From Vicugna vicugna (Eukaryota), in the NCBI GenBank assembly GCA_013265495.1, contig MU058844.1:13290184-13354183 (forward strand): a stretch of 64,000 bases of DNA, written 5' to 3'. Numbering within the stretch: position 1 is the first letter of the stretch; each line of letters begins with the position of its first letter. A program made the position numbers and the translations under genes. Below the pieces are notes generated by a model that did not search any database, was not told where the DNA came from, and saw nothing but the letters and a program-made list of their open reading frames with translations. Of the stretch, positions 13,335 to 26,393 are shown one piece after another.

Positions 13335-13525
13335 CCAGTGTTTTCCAATGTGACTGCATGTAGGCATCACTGGGGAGCTTTGAAAAGATATATATGTACA
13401 CAGACTTACTGAGTTGGATTCTCCAGAGGTGAAGCCTGAGAATCTGTGTTTTCAGCTTTCTCCTTAGTTGCCTTTCATGCAGCCAGTCTTGATGCTGGTC
13501 TCTGGACCAGGTTTGCGGATCACCA
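13335..13525. mobile_element. MER5A-like hAT-Charlie MITE
   Basis: catcactggggagctttgaaaa...gagaatctgtgtttt...tgatgctggtctctggacca. Confidence 0.7.
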
Positions 13526-13829
13526 TAGCACAGGGGAGAGAGACACGCCTGAAAGAACTGAAGCAGGGATCTGAGCGACGTGGACTTGAAAAACCTCCCT
13601 ATGATGCAGAAAAGGGAGGGTGAACAAGGGTAGCCGTGAGTTTGGAAGACACGACCAGATATGGGTTTATTTTGCTCCCTTTGATGAGAGCTTGTCACGT
13701 TGCCTGGCATGCGTGGGACTCAAAAAAGTCACTGATTGTTAAACAGAAAAGCTGATTTTACTTACAGTGGTTGTGAGATTTCTGGGATCTAGCAAGTGGC
13801 TACATGGGGACACCTGAGCAGGGATGAGA

Positions 13830-14010
13830 TGTGGTAGAAAGACTCATGGAGTCACATAGTCCCAGGTACAGATTTCAGCTTCATCCCTGGCCAAGTTGTT
13901 TTTGGTCCCTCAGAACTTCAGTTTCCTCACCTAAGAGATGGGAATAATAATCCATAACTCACAGGACTTCTGTGCCTATTAAATGCGGTAACACCTAAAG
14001 CATGGGGCAG
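13830..14010 (+). mobile_element. MIR SINE
   Basis: cttcagtttcctcacctaagagatgggaataataat. Confidence 0.75.
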
Positions 14011-14079
14011 CAGAGAACTAGTTCTCTTTCTTCTCATGACATTCATTAAAAATAGTCAGGGATGCTTTCACTATGTGAC

Positions 14080-14645
14080 AAATAGTGGTTGTCTGCTGCT
14101 GTATTATCAGTCACACCAAACCTACAGGTATAAAACAATAGCCATTTTATTCTGCCCATGAGGTCTGTGGGTCTGGGAATTCAAACAGTGCAGAGTTTAA
14201 CAACGGCTTTTTCTCTGCCCTGCAATGTCTGGGGCTTCGGCTGGAAAGACAGGCATGCCTGGGGGTGACCGGAGTGGCCGGGAGCTGGAACTATCTAAAC
14301 GCACTTCACTCACATGTCAGGTGTCCAGGCAGGGATGGCGTGAAGGCTGGGTTCAGACAGGACTGTCAGTTGGAGAACCTACTTGTGGCCTCGATGTGTG
14401 GTGTGGAAGCTTCTGGTCATTTAGACAAAGTGGGGCAGGGCTTCAAGAGTAAGTGTAACTATGGATAAGGTAGATATTGCGAGGCCTTTTATAATTAAGT
14501 CTCCCAAGTCATAGAGCATCACTTTAGTCATATGATATTAGTTAAAGCAGTAGCAAGCCTGCCCACACTCAAGGTGACAACACGTAGCTCTGACCTCTCA
14601 ACTGAAGACATTATCAAAGAATCTGCAGCCGTATTTTAAAGCACT
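14080..14645 (-). mobile_element. ERVL-MaLR solo LTR (MLT1H-like)
   Basis: tctgtgggtctgggaattc...aatgtctggggcttcggctggaaagac...aaagaatctgcagccgtattttaaa. Confidence 0.75.
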
Positions 14646-14733
14646 ATTTATCTGAACTTTGAAAAAAAAAAAGTGCACATAGTTTTTATTACTTAGGTAA
14701 TTGTCCTTATAAATAAGAAGGGTATGATTCTTT

Positions 14734-14798
14734 TTCTTTAAATTGAAGTGTAATCGGTTTACCATGTTGTGTCAATTTCTAAAGTCCAGCATAATGTT
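14734..14798 (-). mobile_element. Ultra-short L1 3' tip
   Basis: aattgaagtgtaatcggtttaccatgttgtgtcaatttct resembles the reverse L1 3' terminus; direct repeat TGATTCTTT at 14725-14733 and 14799-14807. Confidence 0.7.
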
Positions 14799-15489
14799 TG
14801 ATTCTTTCTTGATTGTGTTCTCTGTTGTCCAAGTGCCATCTTACCCCAAGTTAGCTCACCCTTGCTTTTCTACTTTTATTATGGATATTTAATGCAAACC
14901 CAACCTTTATGTTGTTTTAGGCACTATTTACAAAACTTCGCTCCTTCTGGGATTCTTTATGAAGAGAATGTAAACCACATTTTAAAACGAACAGACTCAT
15001 CAAAGGGAAAGTAAATGAATGGAACCCTTTCTGGGATTGGCTAGGGACCATGACAGGGAGACTCTTCATTTATTTGGCTTCAGTTTCTCCAAGTGCTGGA
15101 GACAGTTAGAAAAACTGAGATAAAACGGGACACTCATTGTGCCTACTTACAGCTCATCACAGAAAAGTGATGCATAGTTAATGACCTTTTGTGACAACCT
15201 TATTCTTACAATCTAGTGGGGCCATATGTGCCCTGCAGTGACAGATGGTCCCAATCTGCTGTTGCCAGATAATGGCTTGTTTAGAGGCTTGGGGTGACTG
15301 TGTGACAAGTCCGGGCTGGACCAGCTGTTTCTCCTGCAACTAAAGCGTGGTCTGGCTGAATGAATGTGGGCAACAGACTTTAAAAGACGTGCTCCTACTA
15401 CACGGAAGTATCCGTAATTTCTCTGGCAAGAGACCTGATTAATATATTTCTTTGAACATATATACAACATTCTTTATTTCCCCCCTAAA

Positions 15490-15900
15490 GGCACTTGTCT
15501 AGGGGTCAAGGGACCTGGATTTAAAGCTCATCCCATTGCTAACTAGATGTGTAACCATGGATACATCACATAAATTCTCTGAGCTCCTATTTCCTAAAAT
15601 GGGTCTGAGTGAGATCATCGTTGAGATCTTCTAAACTTTTGCTCTTTTGAATCTTTGAATCCAGATTGTGGGCCGTAATGATTGGCATTCATGAACTTAC
15701 CAGGTGTTAGGCTCACTGCTAAGTCCACACTAATGCTACTTTTAAAAAATAATCACAGTGGCCCTACGTGGCCATTATTATTATTTTAAAGATGGGAAAA
15801 CTAAGAAACAGAGAGCCCAGTAACTTGTCTACAGCCAAATGGCTGGGACAAGGTAAAGCTAGAATTGGACCTGGCCTGTGTTCTGTATCCCTACTCTATA
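15490..15900. mobile_element. Two MIR-family fragments (+ then -)
   Basis: gacctggatttaaa...tctctgagctcctatttcct; then ttttaaagatgggaaaactaag...agtaacttgtc. Confidence 0.6.
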
Positions 15901-17372
15901 CTGTGTATCTGTGTGAGTTGGGAAAAAAGTAGGTAAGGCAAGAAAGAACCAAGATGGAAACAAATCAACAGATTGATTTTATGGCATCTCTGTTTCCTCT
16001 CCTTGCTTTTTACTGTCAGTGTTCCTGTATTTGTGACAACCTAGGGTACGTGCCCTAATCCGTTTCAGGGCCCCACCATCTGGGTAGTTGCCTCCCCTGT
16101 GGCACCGAGCAAACCCTGAAGAACCAGGCTGCTGGGGTTCCCATGTTGTGTGTTTGGAAGCACCCTGTTCATGTGCAACGTTGGGGGCACTTTGGTATGG
16201 AGTAGGGCTGGCCATGGGACAATGCTCTTTCTTAGGAAAAAAGCAAAGAATCCACAGGACGCTGCTAATATATCTCTGTGTTCTTAAGTCACATGTGCAG
16301 ATTTGTCATCTCTTAAGCCCGCTTTATTTTAGTTCACATTTCTGAAACCTCTTATTATATTAGCCTTGTGTTTCCTGGTCATATGAGTTTTGAGACAGTG
16401 ATCCCTTTCTGTGAAGAATGACCTCATTCTCCTCATAGAGAAATTACTTTGGCATTTGAGCAGATAGGAATCCAGTTGAAACCCAAGTCGCTTCTCTGAT
16501 TGTGGTAAGCTTCTCCACTCGGAGCTCTGCAATGTTTTGCTGTGTCGAGTTATATTTTTTCATTAGGCTCAGGTTTATTTTAAGAATATAATGTAAATAT
16601 TGTTTAAATCAGTCCTTCCGCACCAAGTACAGGGTAAAAGACTAGGTCATGCTGTGAAAAGGAGACTAGATATTTAGTCGACTTTGAGGTTGGAGAATAG
16701 ACTCTTTTCTAAATTTAGATCAGCTCGATTTTCAACCGGGATTTGAGTCTCAAGAGACATTTTGTGGATATTGCCAAATATAGTAAGGGTCCTGGGAAGA
16801 AGGAGATACTATGGCTCCTATGAGGTGCTGCCAGGCCTTTGGTATATTAGTTGATCATTTTACTTTGGTCATTTACCCTCTCATCTAGCATCATTAGGTT
16901 TAGTCCCTCCTGTGCCTGGCATGGGGACTATCGGAGACTCCTTAGAAGCCTGCAGGAAAGAATGATGGTGTTTAACTGGAGGCGAGATCTTTCAGACTGT
17001 GTTGGCATTATTTAAAAAAAAAAAAAAAGCCAGCCCCAGGGCATGCAGGAGGGAATAACAGAAGACCATCTGGATTAGAAAGGAGAAAAGTTAAGCTGCA
17101 AGGCAAGGCTGGTACCTCCATTTCATGAGGTTTGAGGGAAGCTTGACTAGAATGAGATACATTAAGTTGGCCTTTTAAATTTAGAAAGTGGTACTTCCGT
17201 GAAGTATACCACTGCCTGTGTCTCACACCCACAGTTCATAGCAGTCCAGGGATTATGTTATAGATCAATTACATTGACCGATCTGGCCAGGTCAATAAAG
17301 TTGCTGTACCATGCGTACTGTCTGTGGAATGTTCTATTCAGGTTGGTGCTCTCTGGCCTTCCGTCATGATGT

Positions 17373-17576
17373 CAGGGTTTCTCAACCTTGACGCTCCTGG
17401 CATTTGGGGTCAGTCAATTCCCTGTAGTGGAGGAGGCTGCTCTGTGCTTTATAGGATGTTTAGCAGCATCATTGGCCTCCAGCCCCTGGATGCCAGTTGC
17501 ATCCTCCAATATGACAATGGAAAATGTCTCCAGATGTTGCCAAATCATTGCCCTCCTCCCCCACTGGAAATCACTG
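17373..17576 (+). mobile_element. MER20 hAT-Charlie MITE
   Basis: cagggtttctcaacctt...ggatgtttagcagcatc...aaaatgtctccagatgttgccaaat...aatcactg. Confidence 0.9.
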
Positions 17577-18239
17577 CATCAGATTCACCCTGACCCACAT
17601 AGGACTGAAAGTCTATATGTGTTTGTGTGTAACATGGGCCCACAGGCACACACATGAACGTACACTTCTTTCTTTTTCTAAGATGTGAAACTAATAGCAA
17701 CCCCTTACACACAACAAACTTTGCATAAATGGAATGTTAACAAAAACTCTTATTTAGTAAAATTATGCTACCTCCTCCCCACTTGAAAAGCTGATTCATC
17801 TCAAAGAATGATGTGAAACCAGGAATGATCTATGGCAGATTGTAATTGGAGCTGAAGACAGGCTGTTAAACCAGACCTGCAAGGCCTTCTTCTGTTGAGA
17901 GGTGATTCATGGAGTGAAATCTGAGAAAACAGCGTAAACACTTCGTTCCACCAAGGCACTCCTACGGCACTTAGAAGAATTGTTGCTGAATTTTTGGAAA
18001 ACCTAGGGATACGTTTGATGGTTTGCACTAGTTTATTTTGTTTAGTTTTCCTTCAGGTAAAAATCACTGTTTGTTTTGAGTTAGGGGAGGAAGTGAAGAC
18101 AGGGAAAAGAACCCCTGAAAGAAGCTTCAAGGACAAGTTAAAGAGGCGATGTTTGTGGCTTGGGAGAGATCATCAAAATCATAGAACCCAAAGATGGGGA
18201 AAGACTTTAGAAGGCTGGTTGCTCATCTGCCTTAACTCC

Positions 18240-19435
18240 ACTGCAACAGTTCACATCAGGGTCACCAGGACTCTGTACGGATGGACAAACCCATGGCCAG
18301 TTAGTTATCTGTCCTTATCCTGGAGAGCACTTGACATTGTTGGTTGTGTCCTCTTCAACACACCGTCTTGTTTAGGGCTCCTTATCATCTTACTCAGAGA
18401 CCTTTCCATTTGTCTAATTTGCAGGCTCTTCTCTAGAAGCCGGTAATACTGGAGTTTCCCAGAGCTGTTTCTTTTCTTTCTTCTCTCTTGAACTGATTTT
18501 ACCAGGTCCCAGTGACTCTCACATATATACTTCCAACCCAGAATTCTTCCTTAAGCCTGACTTATATGTTTGTTTGTCTTCTTGACGTCTCCTCTTGGAT
18601 GTCCAATGGGCACCTCAAATTTAATATGGCCAAAAGCCGCCTGATTTCCACTCCTCTTTCTAGTCCATACCTCACAAGTCTTGCCCATGGTGATCTGATG
18701 CCCCACTGAGTATTCAGTCCCCACCTGGGATGCATCCTTCATTCCCCTCTTCTGCTCACACTCATACCAAATCCGTCAGAATCTCCCATCAGTACCACTT
18801 CTTAAATGTAACTTGAATTATATCACTTCTCTTCAACTCTAAGCTCCAAGCTCTGGTCCAGGCTCCCAGCGTCTCTCAGTTGATCTTGCCTCTGCTCTGC
18901 CCACCTGCAGTCAGTGCTCTTCACAGCATTGAGAGTGACCATGTGTATGTCAAACCGAGCTATTTCCTGCGTGAGCCCTTCAATGGCTTCCCATTATACC
19001 AAGAATAAAATTGAAATCCCTCTTGCATTACCAGCAAGTCTTAGAGGTTCCAGTTCTTGGCTCCCTCTCTGGCCTTATCACCCTGCATTCTGTCCCATTC
19101 CTTTTCTCTCTAGCCAGTTTTGGCCTTTTTTCTAACCCTTGAATAGACATCATGTTCACGCCTATCTCAAGGCCTCTGTGCTATTTCCTTCTGCCTAGAC
19201 TGCTCTTCCCCAGATCTTGATATAGCTGCCAAATTCTTGTCATGCAAATCTCAACCAAAGGCTCCTCTTTATCATAATATCCTATTTCTCTTCCTCATAG
19301 CGCTGATCAGTATCATACAATACCTTGTTTGCTTACATGCTTCTTGTCCATCTCTTTCTCACAAGAAGGGAGGCTCCTGGAGACACTGTCTGTTTTCTCA
19401 CTGCCTGGCAAATAGTAGGTGTTTAATAAATACAC
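18240..19435 (+). mobile_element. L2 LINE 3' portion
   Basis: ttgacgtctcctcttggatgtccaatgggcacctcaaatttaatatggccaaa; tail cactgcctggcaaatagtaggtgtttaataaata. Confidence 0.8.
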
Positions 19436-20469
19436 CCTCATTGCCTGGCCAACATACCACAACACAGTGAGACACAGCCACATTCTGACTACAGGCTTGG
19501 CTGGCTAAAGGGAAGTAGCAAAAGGGAAGTTGGCTGGTTCAGAAAAAGCTTATTCCTGTATCTCATGGGTGTAGACAGGGGAATGACGGGTCTAAATCTT
19601 AGATACCCTTTAAAATGTTTGCCTTTGATATCTGAGGGCAGGAGCCATCCCCTAAATTGGGCTGACATATTGAATAGAGTGTTCAAGCATCTGTGTACTA
19701 TGCCTTAAAATTTCTCTTCTTGTTATTTCCAGTTAGTGTAAGTAGAAGAGTAAATCGGTCCTCATTGGTTTAGATTTCCAGAACAGACCCTCCCACCCCC
19801 CATTTTTAAAATAGAAAACACAAATCCCCCAAAAAGTTTCCATTTTCCCATCACTGTATTTCCATAAAGGGACAGGAAACTCATGCCAGGCCCTAGGAAG
19901 GCAGATCTTGGGATGCATTCTCCCAGGTCCTCTCAGCCTCTTCACCCACGCTCATTCAGGCAGGACTCAGCTGATTGGTCTGAGAGGAGGAACTGAACAT
20001 GCTCAGCTAAGCCCCTGCATGTTTCTTATTCCGTCTGTCTGTCCACTGAAGTGTGCAATCTCATCTGCTCTCTGCCACTAGATAAGCTGTCTGCTCTGGG
20101 CATGGCCTATGGATATTGAATGATGAGACTGACTAGGGGGAGAAGGCTGCATAAAGGGGCCGCACATAAGGAGTCAGTCACACCCTCCTGGCCCCCTTAT
20201 CTGTAATAAATGCATCGTGACTTCTTTTGGTCTCAGGCCTGTGTCTGTTTCTCTGTTGGTTCTGAGTTTGTGCAGGTAGAGTGCTGTCATTTATGGTCCC
20301 TCTTAAACTCTAAGTGAAAGGGATGGATTCAGTCTTAAAAACTCTAGTTTGAAACGTGCCGATAGATTGCAACAAGTATTCAGAGTTTTTCTGCATCCCG
20401 ACAGCCATAACTTTTAACCATAAGTTCAGACTTCCAGATAATTTTGTACAGTGACAACTGATATTCCAT

Positions 20470-20710
20470 GAAGGCAGCAGAGCGTTGGTGAAAAGATCAC
20501 ATTTCGAAGTCAGTAAGACATGACACCAGTTCTCAGCTTGACCCCTTACAAATAGCTTGTAATTCAGTCAACCACTTAACACTCATTTTTCTCATTTGTA
20601 AAGTTAACGTAATAGTATCTACACTTCCCGGGGCTGGTGGGAGGCTTAAGTGAGATTATGTATATGAATTGCTTTCACAGTGCCTGGCACTGAGTGGTTG
20701 CTCTGTAGAA
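20470..20710 (+). mobile_element. MIR SINE
   Basis: ttttctcatttgtaaa...gaggcttaagtgaga...cacagtgcctggcac. Confidence 0.75.
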
Positions 20711-21199
20711 CCTAGTTCCCATCTGTCTTCCCCATGCCACATGGCTGGAAGGTAGCCAGACTGTTAACATTTATGTTATTCTTTACATCTATGAAATGCA
20801 TTCACCTATACGGTAGGACCTCTCTAAATGACTACATGGACGGGAGAGGTAGATGCGTGGGTGGGGGTGATCCTATCCCACAGATGAGACAAGGTAGCTC
20901 AGATGGCTGGTGGGTTTGCCCAAGATCAGTAGAGTCAGGTCTCAAACACAAGTCAGACCCTAAATCCAGCACTCTTCCCGCCATGTCCTGCAGTCCTGAG
21001 CTGTCAGTTTGAGCAGCATGTTACTTGCTGGCTATTCTAACAGATAGGAGAACTGGGAGATGGCAGAATGAGTGTATCAAATCTAAGGTAAATGTTAGGA
21101 TAACTCTCGGATAAGTTTCCTCACGTTATTCAGGTATTCCTTCCTTATCAGGTCCTTTTCCTATGGTGTTTCATTTTTCTAAGTGTTAATTTCCTCCTT

Positions 21200-21510
21200 C
21201 CATTCAATCACTCATTCATTCATGAACATTTCTTGAGTCTCAACTATGTAGATCAAGCAGCCCTAAGAGGTGGTATGAATACACTAGCCCAACATGGTGG
21301 CTGCCCTCTAGGAACTCGGTGTTGCTGGGGATACAGATGTACAGACAAATAATCATAATACAGTGTGTGATGAGTATCATGGGGAAAGAAGGTGCCAGGT
21401 GCCATGCAGCTCCCAGGAGGGAGGGAGAGATCAAGGAAAACCTGGAGGGGACAAGGTCACAGGCAGAAGGCTTTTCAGAGAAGATGCTTGAATTGAGCTC
21501 TGATGGGAGG
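21200..21510 (-). mobile_element. L2 3' region
   Basis: cattcaatcactcattcattcatgaacatttcttgagt...ctgccctctaggaactc. Confidence 0.7.
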
Positions 21511-21524
21511 AGGAGTTGTCTCCT

Positions 21525-21665
21525 CCCTCTGAGCCCCAGTCTCTCACCTGTGAAACAGTGATAACCTCAGTAACTGCCTCATATGGTTGTTAATGTATAT
21601 AAAGTGCTTAGATCCGTGTCTGGCCAGTAGTAATCACTCGATAAATGATGGCTGTTATGACTATT
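21525..21665 (+). mobile_element. MIR SINE
   Basis: ctctgagccccagtctctcacctgtgaaa...tataaagtgcttaga. Confidence 0.75.
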
Positions 21666-22142
21666 ACCATTTCATCCAGGAAAAAGCCATTTCATTTTAT
21701 GTCCAACTTCACACAGGACAGTAGAATGAAACAAATTCTCTCAAATTCTTTAGAAATTGGTTCCAGAGATGTGCTTAAGAGGGCACATATATTTGAGCCC
21801 AAATTCTAGATAATACTAGGGAAAATAATCTTTAAATTTTATTTATAAATGCTTAAAGAAACACATTCCATGACTTCTTGGACCCTCGTCCTTCCTCCTT
21901 TGACTGTTTGTGGCAGGCAATACTGGAATGTAGGTTTTCTAATTTTCTGTCCAGAAACTGCTCTCCTGTCCAGAATGCTTCTGATGTATCTGAGAGAGTT
22001 AATCTCAGTATAATTTTTTTTCTAGCCTTTGGGATTTGGTTGACCTTTGCTAAATTCTGTTCATCCACCGTGGACAATGACGTATTTAATTGCAACATGA
22101 AAAGACTTAGGGGTCATGGAGAGTCCTGATTCAGGAGAGTCA

Positions 22143-22381
22143 GATTTTTTTTTAATTCTTATTTTTTATTGAAGTGTAGTCGATTGACAGTATTAGTTTC
22201 AGGTGTATAGCAAAGTGATTCAGTTATACATACATATATATGTATATATTTAGATTCTTTTCCATTATAGCTCATTACAAGGAATTAAATATATTTCCCT
22301 GTGTATACAGTAGGTCCTTGTTCTTTATTGATTTTACATATAGTAATGTGTATCTGTTAATCCTAAACTCCTAATCTATCT
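22143..22381 (-). mobile_element. Young cetartiodactyl-type L1 3' end (~240 nt)
   Basis: T-tail then ttattgaagtgtagtcgattgaca...gattcagttatacata...tacagtaggtccttg; degenerate TSD AGGAGAGTCA (22133-22142) / AGGAGGGTCA (22382-22391). Confidence 0.85.
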
Positions 22382-24015
22382 AGGAGGGTCATTCTTTAGA
22401 GGTGGCTTGATCCTCAGGATCCAAGCTTGGTCCACAGGCTGCATGTTTTCTCAGGGCAGCTCCTTTGTGAAGATCCTGAAGCTACTCTGGACCTTTATGA
22501 AATGAAGCTTCCTGTCAACTGTATTTGCATATTTATCATCCCATTTCTTTCTTTCTTTCTTTTTTTTTCTTTCTCAAATGGCCTCAATAAAGCAGAGGTC
22601 CAGGCATTGGAAATGTATATAGATGCTAGAGAAGAAATTGCAGGGAATTTTACTGATTTCATGTTGCTGAGTAGCCAAGAAGGGATGATATGACGAACTC
22701 AAGTAAGACTCCTGAGAAAAATGAAGACTAGAATTGCCTGGTTATGCCTTTTCTGGGAAAAGGAATTTAGATAAGTTAGTGGCCTAACATGAACTCAGCC
22801 CAGTGTTTTATCTTACTTCCTCCTTGATAATAGTTCACATCTCCAAAACCCAGCCTGGAGAGGATGGCTCAGTTGGAATTTAGAAAATCCACAGAGTGAG
22901 TTGGCCTGCCAACTCTATCACATTTCTCCTCTTGAGAGAGAAAATGCTGGGCTGCCAATAGCAATAGTGTTTAGCATTAGTGCGGCCAAAAGATAGAGCA
23001 CTTGAGGGAAAAAACCCAAAACTCTGACTGAATTGTGCATTGCTAGAGGGGCCTGCTTAACTCTCTCAGGCCCTAATTTAAATATCTTACTCTTCTTCTT
23101 TATTTTCTACTCTTATCTGCTGAAAAATTAGATGTGTGTACATGAATGTGGTTAAGAAATGTAAGTTTGCTCTATAAAAGGAATTGCATTTTCAATCACT
23201 ACATATTTTACTGGTAATGATAATCTGGTATTTTAAATTGTAATATCATACATTGTTATTTTTACTTACAGAATTTTCAATATTGTTAACAAAACCAAAA
23301 GCTGCACTAGAAATAATAAAGATTGACTTGCAAAGGAATTAGGTATTTTGGGAATTACCATGCAATATGAAATAGAAAAATACCTGTCTGATTTCATCGT
23401 ATGCCATAACACATTGTACATTGTCCAACAGTGAACTTACAAACTATAAGAAACTTTTAGGTGTGAGACTTAATGAAATTTTATATTTATTATTATTATG
23501 GTTATTATCAGTGACATTTATGAAATTTTTTCAGTTTCCAAAGAATAACCATTTTTTCGCTTATTCAAAGATATTTAGCTGTATGCTCCAAGTATGCTGA
23601 AACTAAGTTATGCAAATGGCTAAAGGCAATGGAAAAATAGATAGAGATCAGTAAAAATATTTTACAAATTGGGAAAGAGATGTGTCTTCTATTGTGGTTT
23701 TGATTTGCATTTCCTAAAAGTAACCATGTTGAACATCTTTTCATGGCTTATTTACCATTCATATATCTTTTGTGGTGAAGTTTGTCTTTAAACTTTTTGC
23801 CTACTTTTTATTGGATTGTTTGCTGATTGAGTTTTGAGGGTTCTTTATATATTCTGAATATAAATCCTTTATCAGCTATGCGATTTGCAAATATTTCCTC
23901 CCAATCTGTGGCTAGTTTCATTCTCTTAACAATGTCTTTTAAAGAGATTAAAATTTTTGATAAAGTCCAATTTATCAGCTTATTCATTGGAACATGTATT
24001 TGATGTGATAGCTAG

Positions 24016-25518
24016 ATTTTATATTTAATTTTTTATTGATGTATAGTCAGTTTATAATGCTGTGTTAATTTGTGTACAGCATAGTAATTAAGTTATACAT
24101 ACATACATATATATATATATTCCTTTTCATATTCTTTTTCATTATAGGCTATTTCAAGATACTGATTTTAGTTCCCTGTGCTTTATAGTAGGACCTTGTT
24201 GTTTATCTATTTTATATATAGTAGTTGGTATCTGCAAATCTCAAACTCCCAATTTATCCCTTCACCCCACCCACCCTATTTTCCCCTCTGGTAACCGTAA
24301 GTTTGTTTTCTATGTCTGTGAGTCCATTTCTGTTTTGTAAATAAATTCATTTGTGTCATTTTTTTAGATTCCATATATAAGCGATGTCATATGATATTTA
24401 TCTTTCTCTATCTGACTTACTTCACTTAGTATGATAGTCTCTAGGACCATTCATGTTGCTACAAATGGCATTATTTCATTCTTTTTTATGGCTTCTTTAT
24501 CCAATCATCTGTTGATGAAAATTTAGTTTGCTTCCATGTTTTGGCTATTGTAAATAGTGCTGCTATGAATATTGGGGTGCATATATCTTTTCAAATTAGA
24601 GTTTCCTCCAGATATATACCCAAGGAGTAGGATTGCTAGATCATATGGTAAGTCTATTTTTTTAGTTTTTTGAGGAATCTCCATACTGTTTTCCATAATG
24701 GCTGCATCAAACTACATTCCCACCAACAGTGTAAGAGGGTTCCCTTTTCTCCACACCTTCTACAGTATTTATTGTTTGTGGACTTTTTAATGATGGCCAT
24801 TCTGACTTGTGTGAGATGATATCTCATGGTAGTTTTGCTTTGCATTTCTCTGACAATTAGTGATATTGAGCATTTTTTCATGTGCCTGTTGTCCATTTGT
24901 TTGTCTTCATTGGAGAAATACTTGTTTAGATCTTCTGCCCATTTTTGGATTTGGTTGTTTTTTTGTTACTGAGTTGAATGAACTGTTTGTATATTCTGGA
25001 AATTAAACTCTTGTCATATTTGTTTTCAAATATCTTCTCCCATTCTGTGGGCTGTCTTTTCATTTTGTTTATAGTTTCCTCTCCTGTGAAAAACTGTACA
25101 AGTTTAATTAGGTCTTACTTGTTTATTTTTGCTTTTATTTCTATTTGCCTGGGTGGACTGCCCTAGGAGAACATTACTAAGATTTATGTAAGAGAATTCT
25201 TTGCCTATGTTTTCTTCTAGGAGGTTTATAGTGTCCTGTCTTATGTTTAAGTCTGTAAGCCATTTTGAGTTTATTTTTGTGTATGGTGTGAGGGAGTGTT
25301 CTAACTTCATTGATTTACATGTGGATGTCCAGTTTTCCCAACACCACTTGCTGAAGAGGCTGTCTTTTCTCCACTGTATATTCTTGCCTCTATTGTCAAA
25401 GATTAATTGATCATAGGTGTATGGGTTTATTTCTGAGCTTTCTATTCTCTTGAATTGATCCGTATGTCTGATTTGTGCCAAGACCACACTGTTTTGATTA
25501 CTGTAGCTCTGTAGTATT
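24016..25518 (-). mobile_element. Younger 5'-truncated L1 (3' UTR plus ORF2 C-terminus)
   Basis: ORF pieces [17 protein letters not shown] and [27 protein letters not shown] are L1 ORF2p C-terminal motifs; cetartiodactyl-type 3' UTR. Confidence 0.93.
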
Positions 25519-26030
25519 CTAAAATCATGAGCGTTTTCTTCAATGTTTTATTTTAAAAGTTTTATAGTCATATTAATATAAAATATATTTTATATTTGGT
25601 CTATAATCCATTTCAAATTAGTTTTTATATATGATGTGGAGTATGGATCAAAGTTTATCTTTTGTATATTGATATCCAATTGTTTATCACCATTTGTTGA
25701 AAAGATTATTTTTTCACCACTTAATTGCTTTTATACCATAAAAATACCATACATGGTATGTTTATGTCTGGACTTCTGTTCCATTTATCTGTGTATCTAT
25801 CTTTTAGCCAATACCATACAGTTTTGACAACTGTGGTTTTAAAATAAGTGTTAGAATCAGATAGCATTAGTCCTTCAACTTTGTTCTTATTTCGAGGTTG
25901 TTTTGTTTATTCTAGGTCATTTGCATTTCTGTATGAATTTTAGAATTAGTCAATTTCTACAAGAAAGTATGCTGGGATATTGATTTGGATTGTATTGAAT
26001 CTTTAGATTTGTTGGGGAGAGAATTATTAT

Positions 26031-26393
26031 TGTTGCAGTCTGTTGTTGCAGTATAACAAAAATACCATAGACTAGGTGGCTTATAAACAACAGAAATTTA
26101 TTTTTCCCAGTTCTGGAGGCTGGGAAGTGCAAGATCAAGGTATTGGCAGATTTGGTGTCTGGTGAGAGCCCTCTTCCTGGTTCGTAGACTGCCATCTTTT
26201 CACTGTATCCTGACATGGCAGAAAAGGCAAGAGAGCTCTCTGGGGCTTCTTTTATAAGAGCACTAGTCCCATTCATGAGGGCTCTAACCTCATGACCTAA
26301 TCACCTCCCAAAGACCCCATCTCCAAATACTGTCACATCATGGATTAAGTTTCAACTTATGAATTTGGGTGGACACAAATATTGTCTATTGCA
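26031..26393 (-). mobile_element. ERVL-MaLR solo LTR (MLT1A-like) inside L1M
   Basis: ataacaaaataccatagactaggtggcttataaacaacagaaattta...catgacctaatcacctcccaaag. Confidence 0.9.

Noticed and set aside
13099..13710. Longest ORF in the track (203 aa, minus strand)
   Set aside because: It runs through L2 and MER5A remnants, has no recognisable domain, and is consistent with a chance ORF
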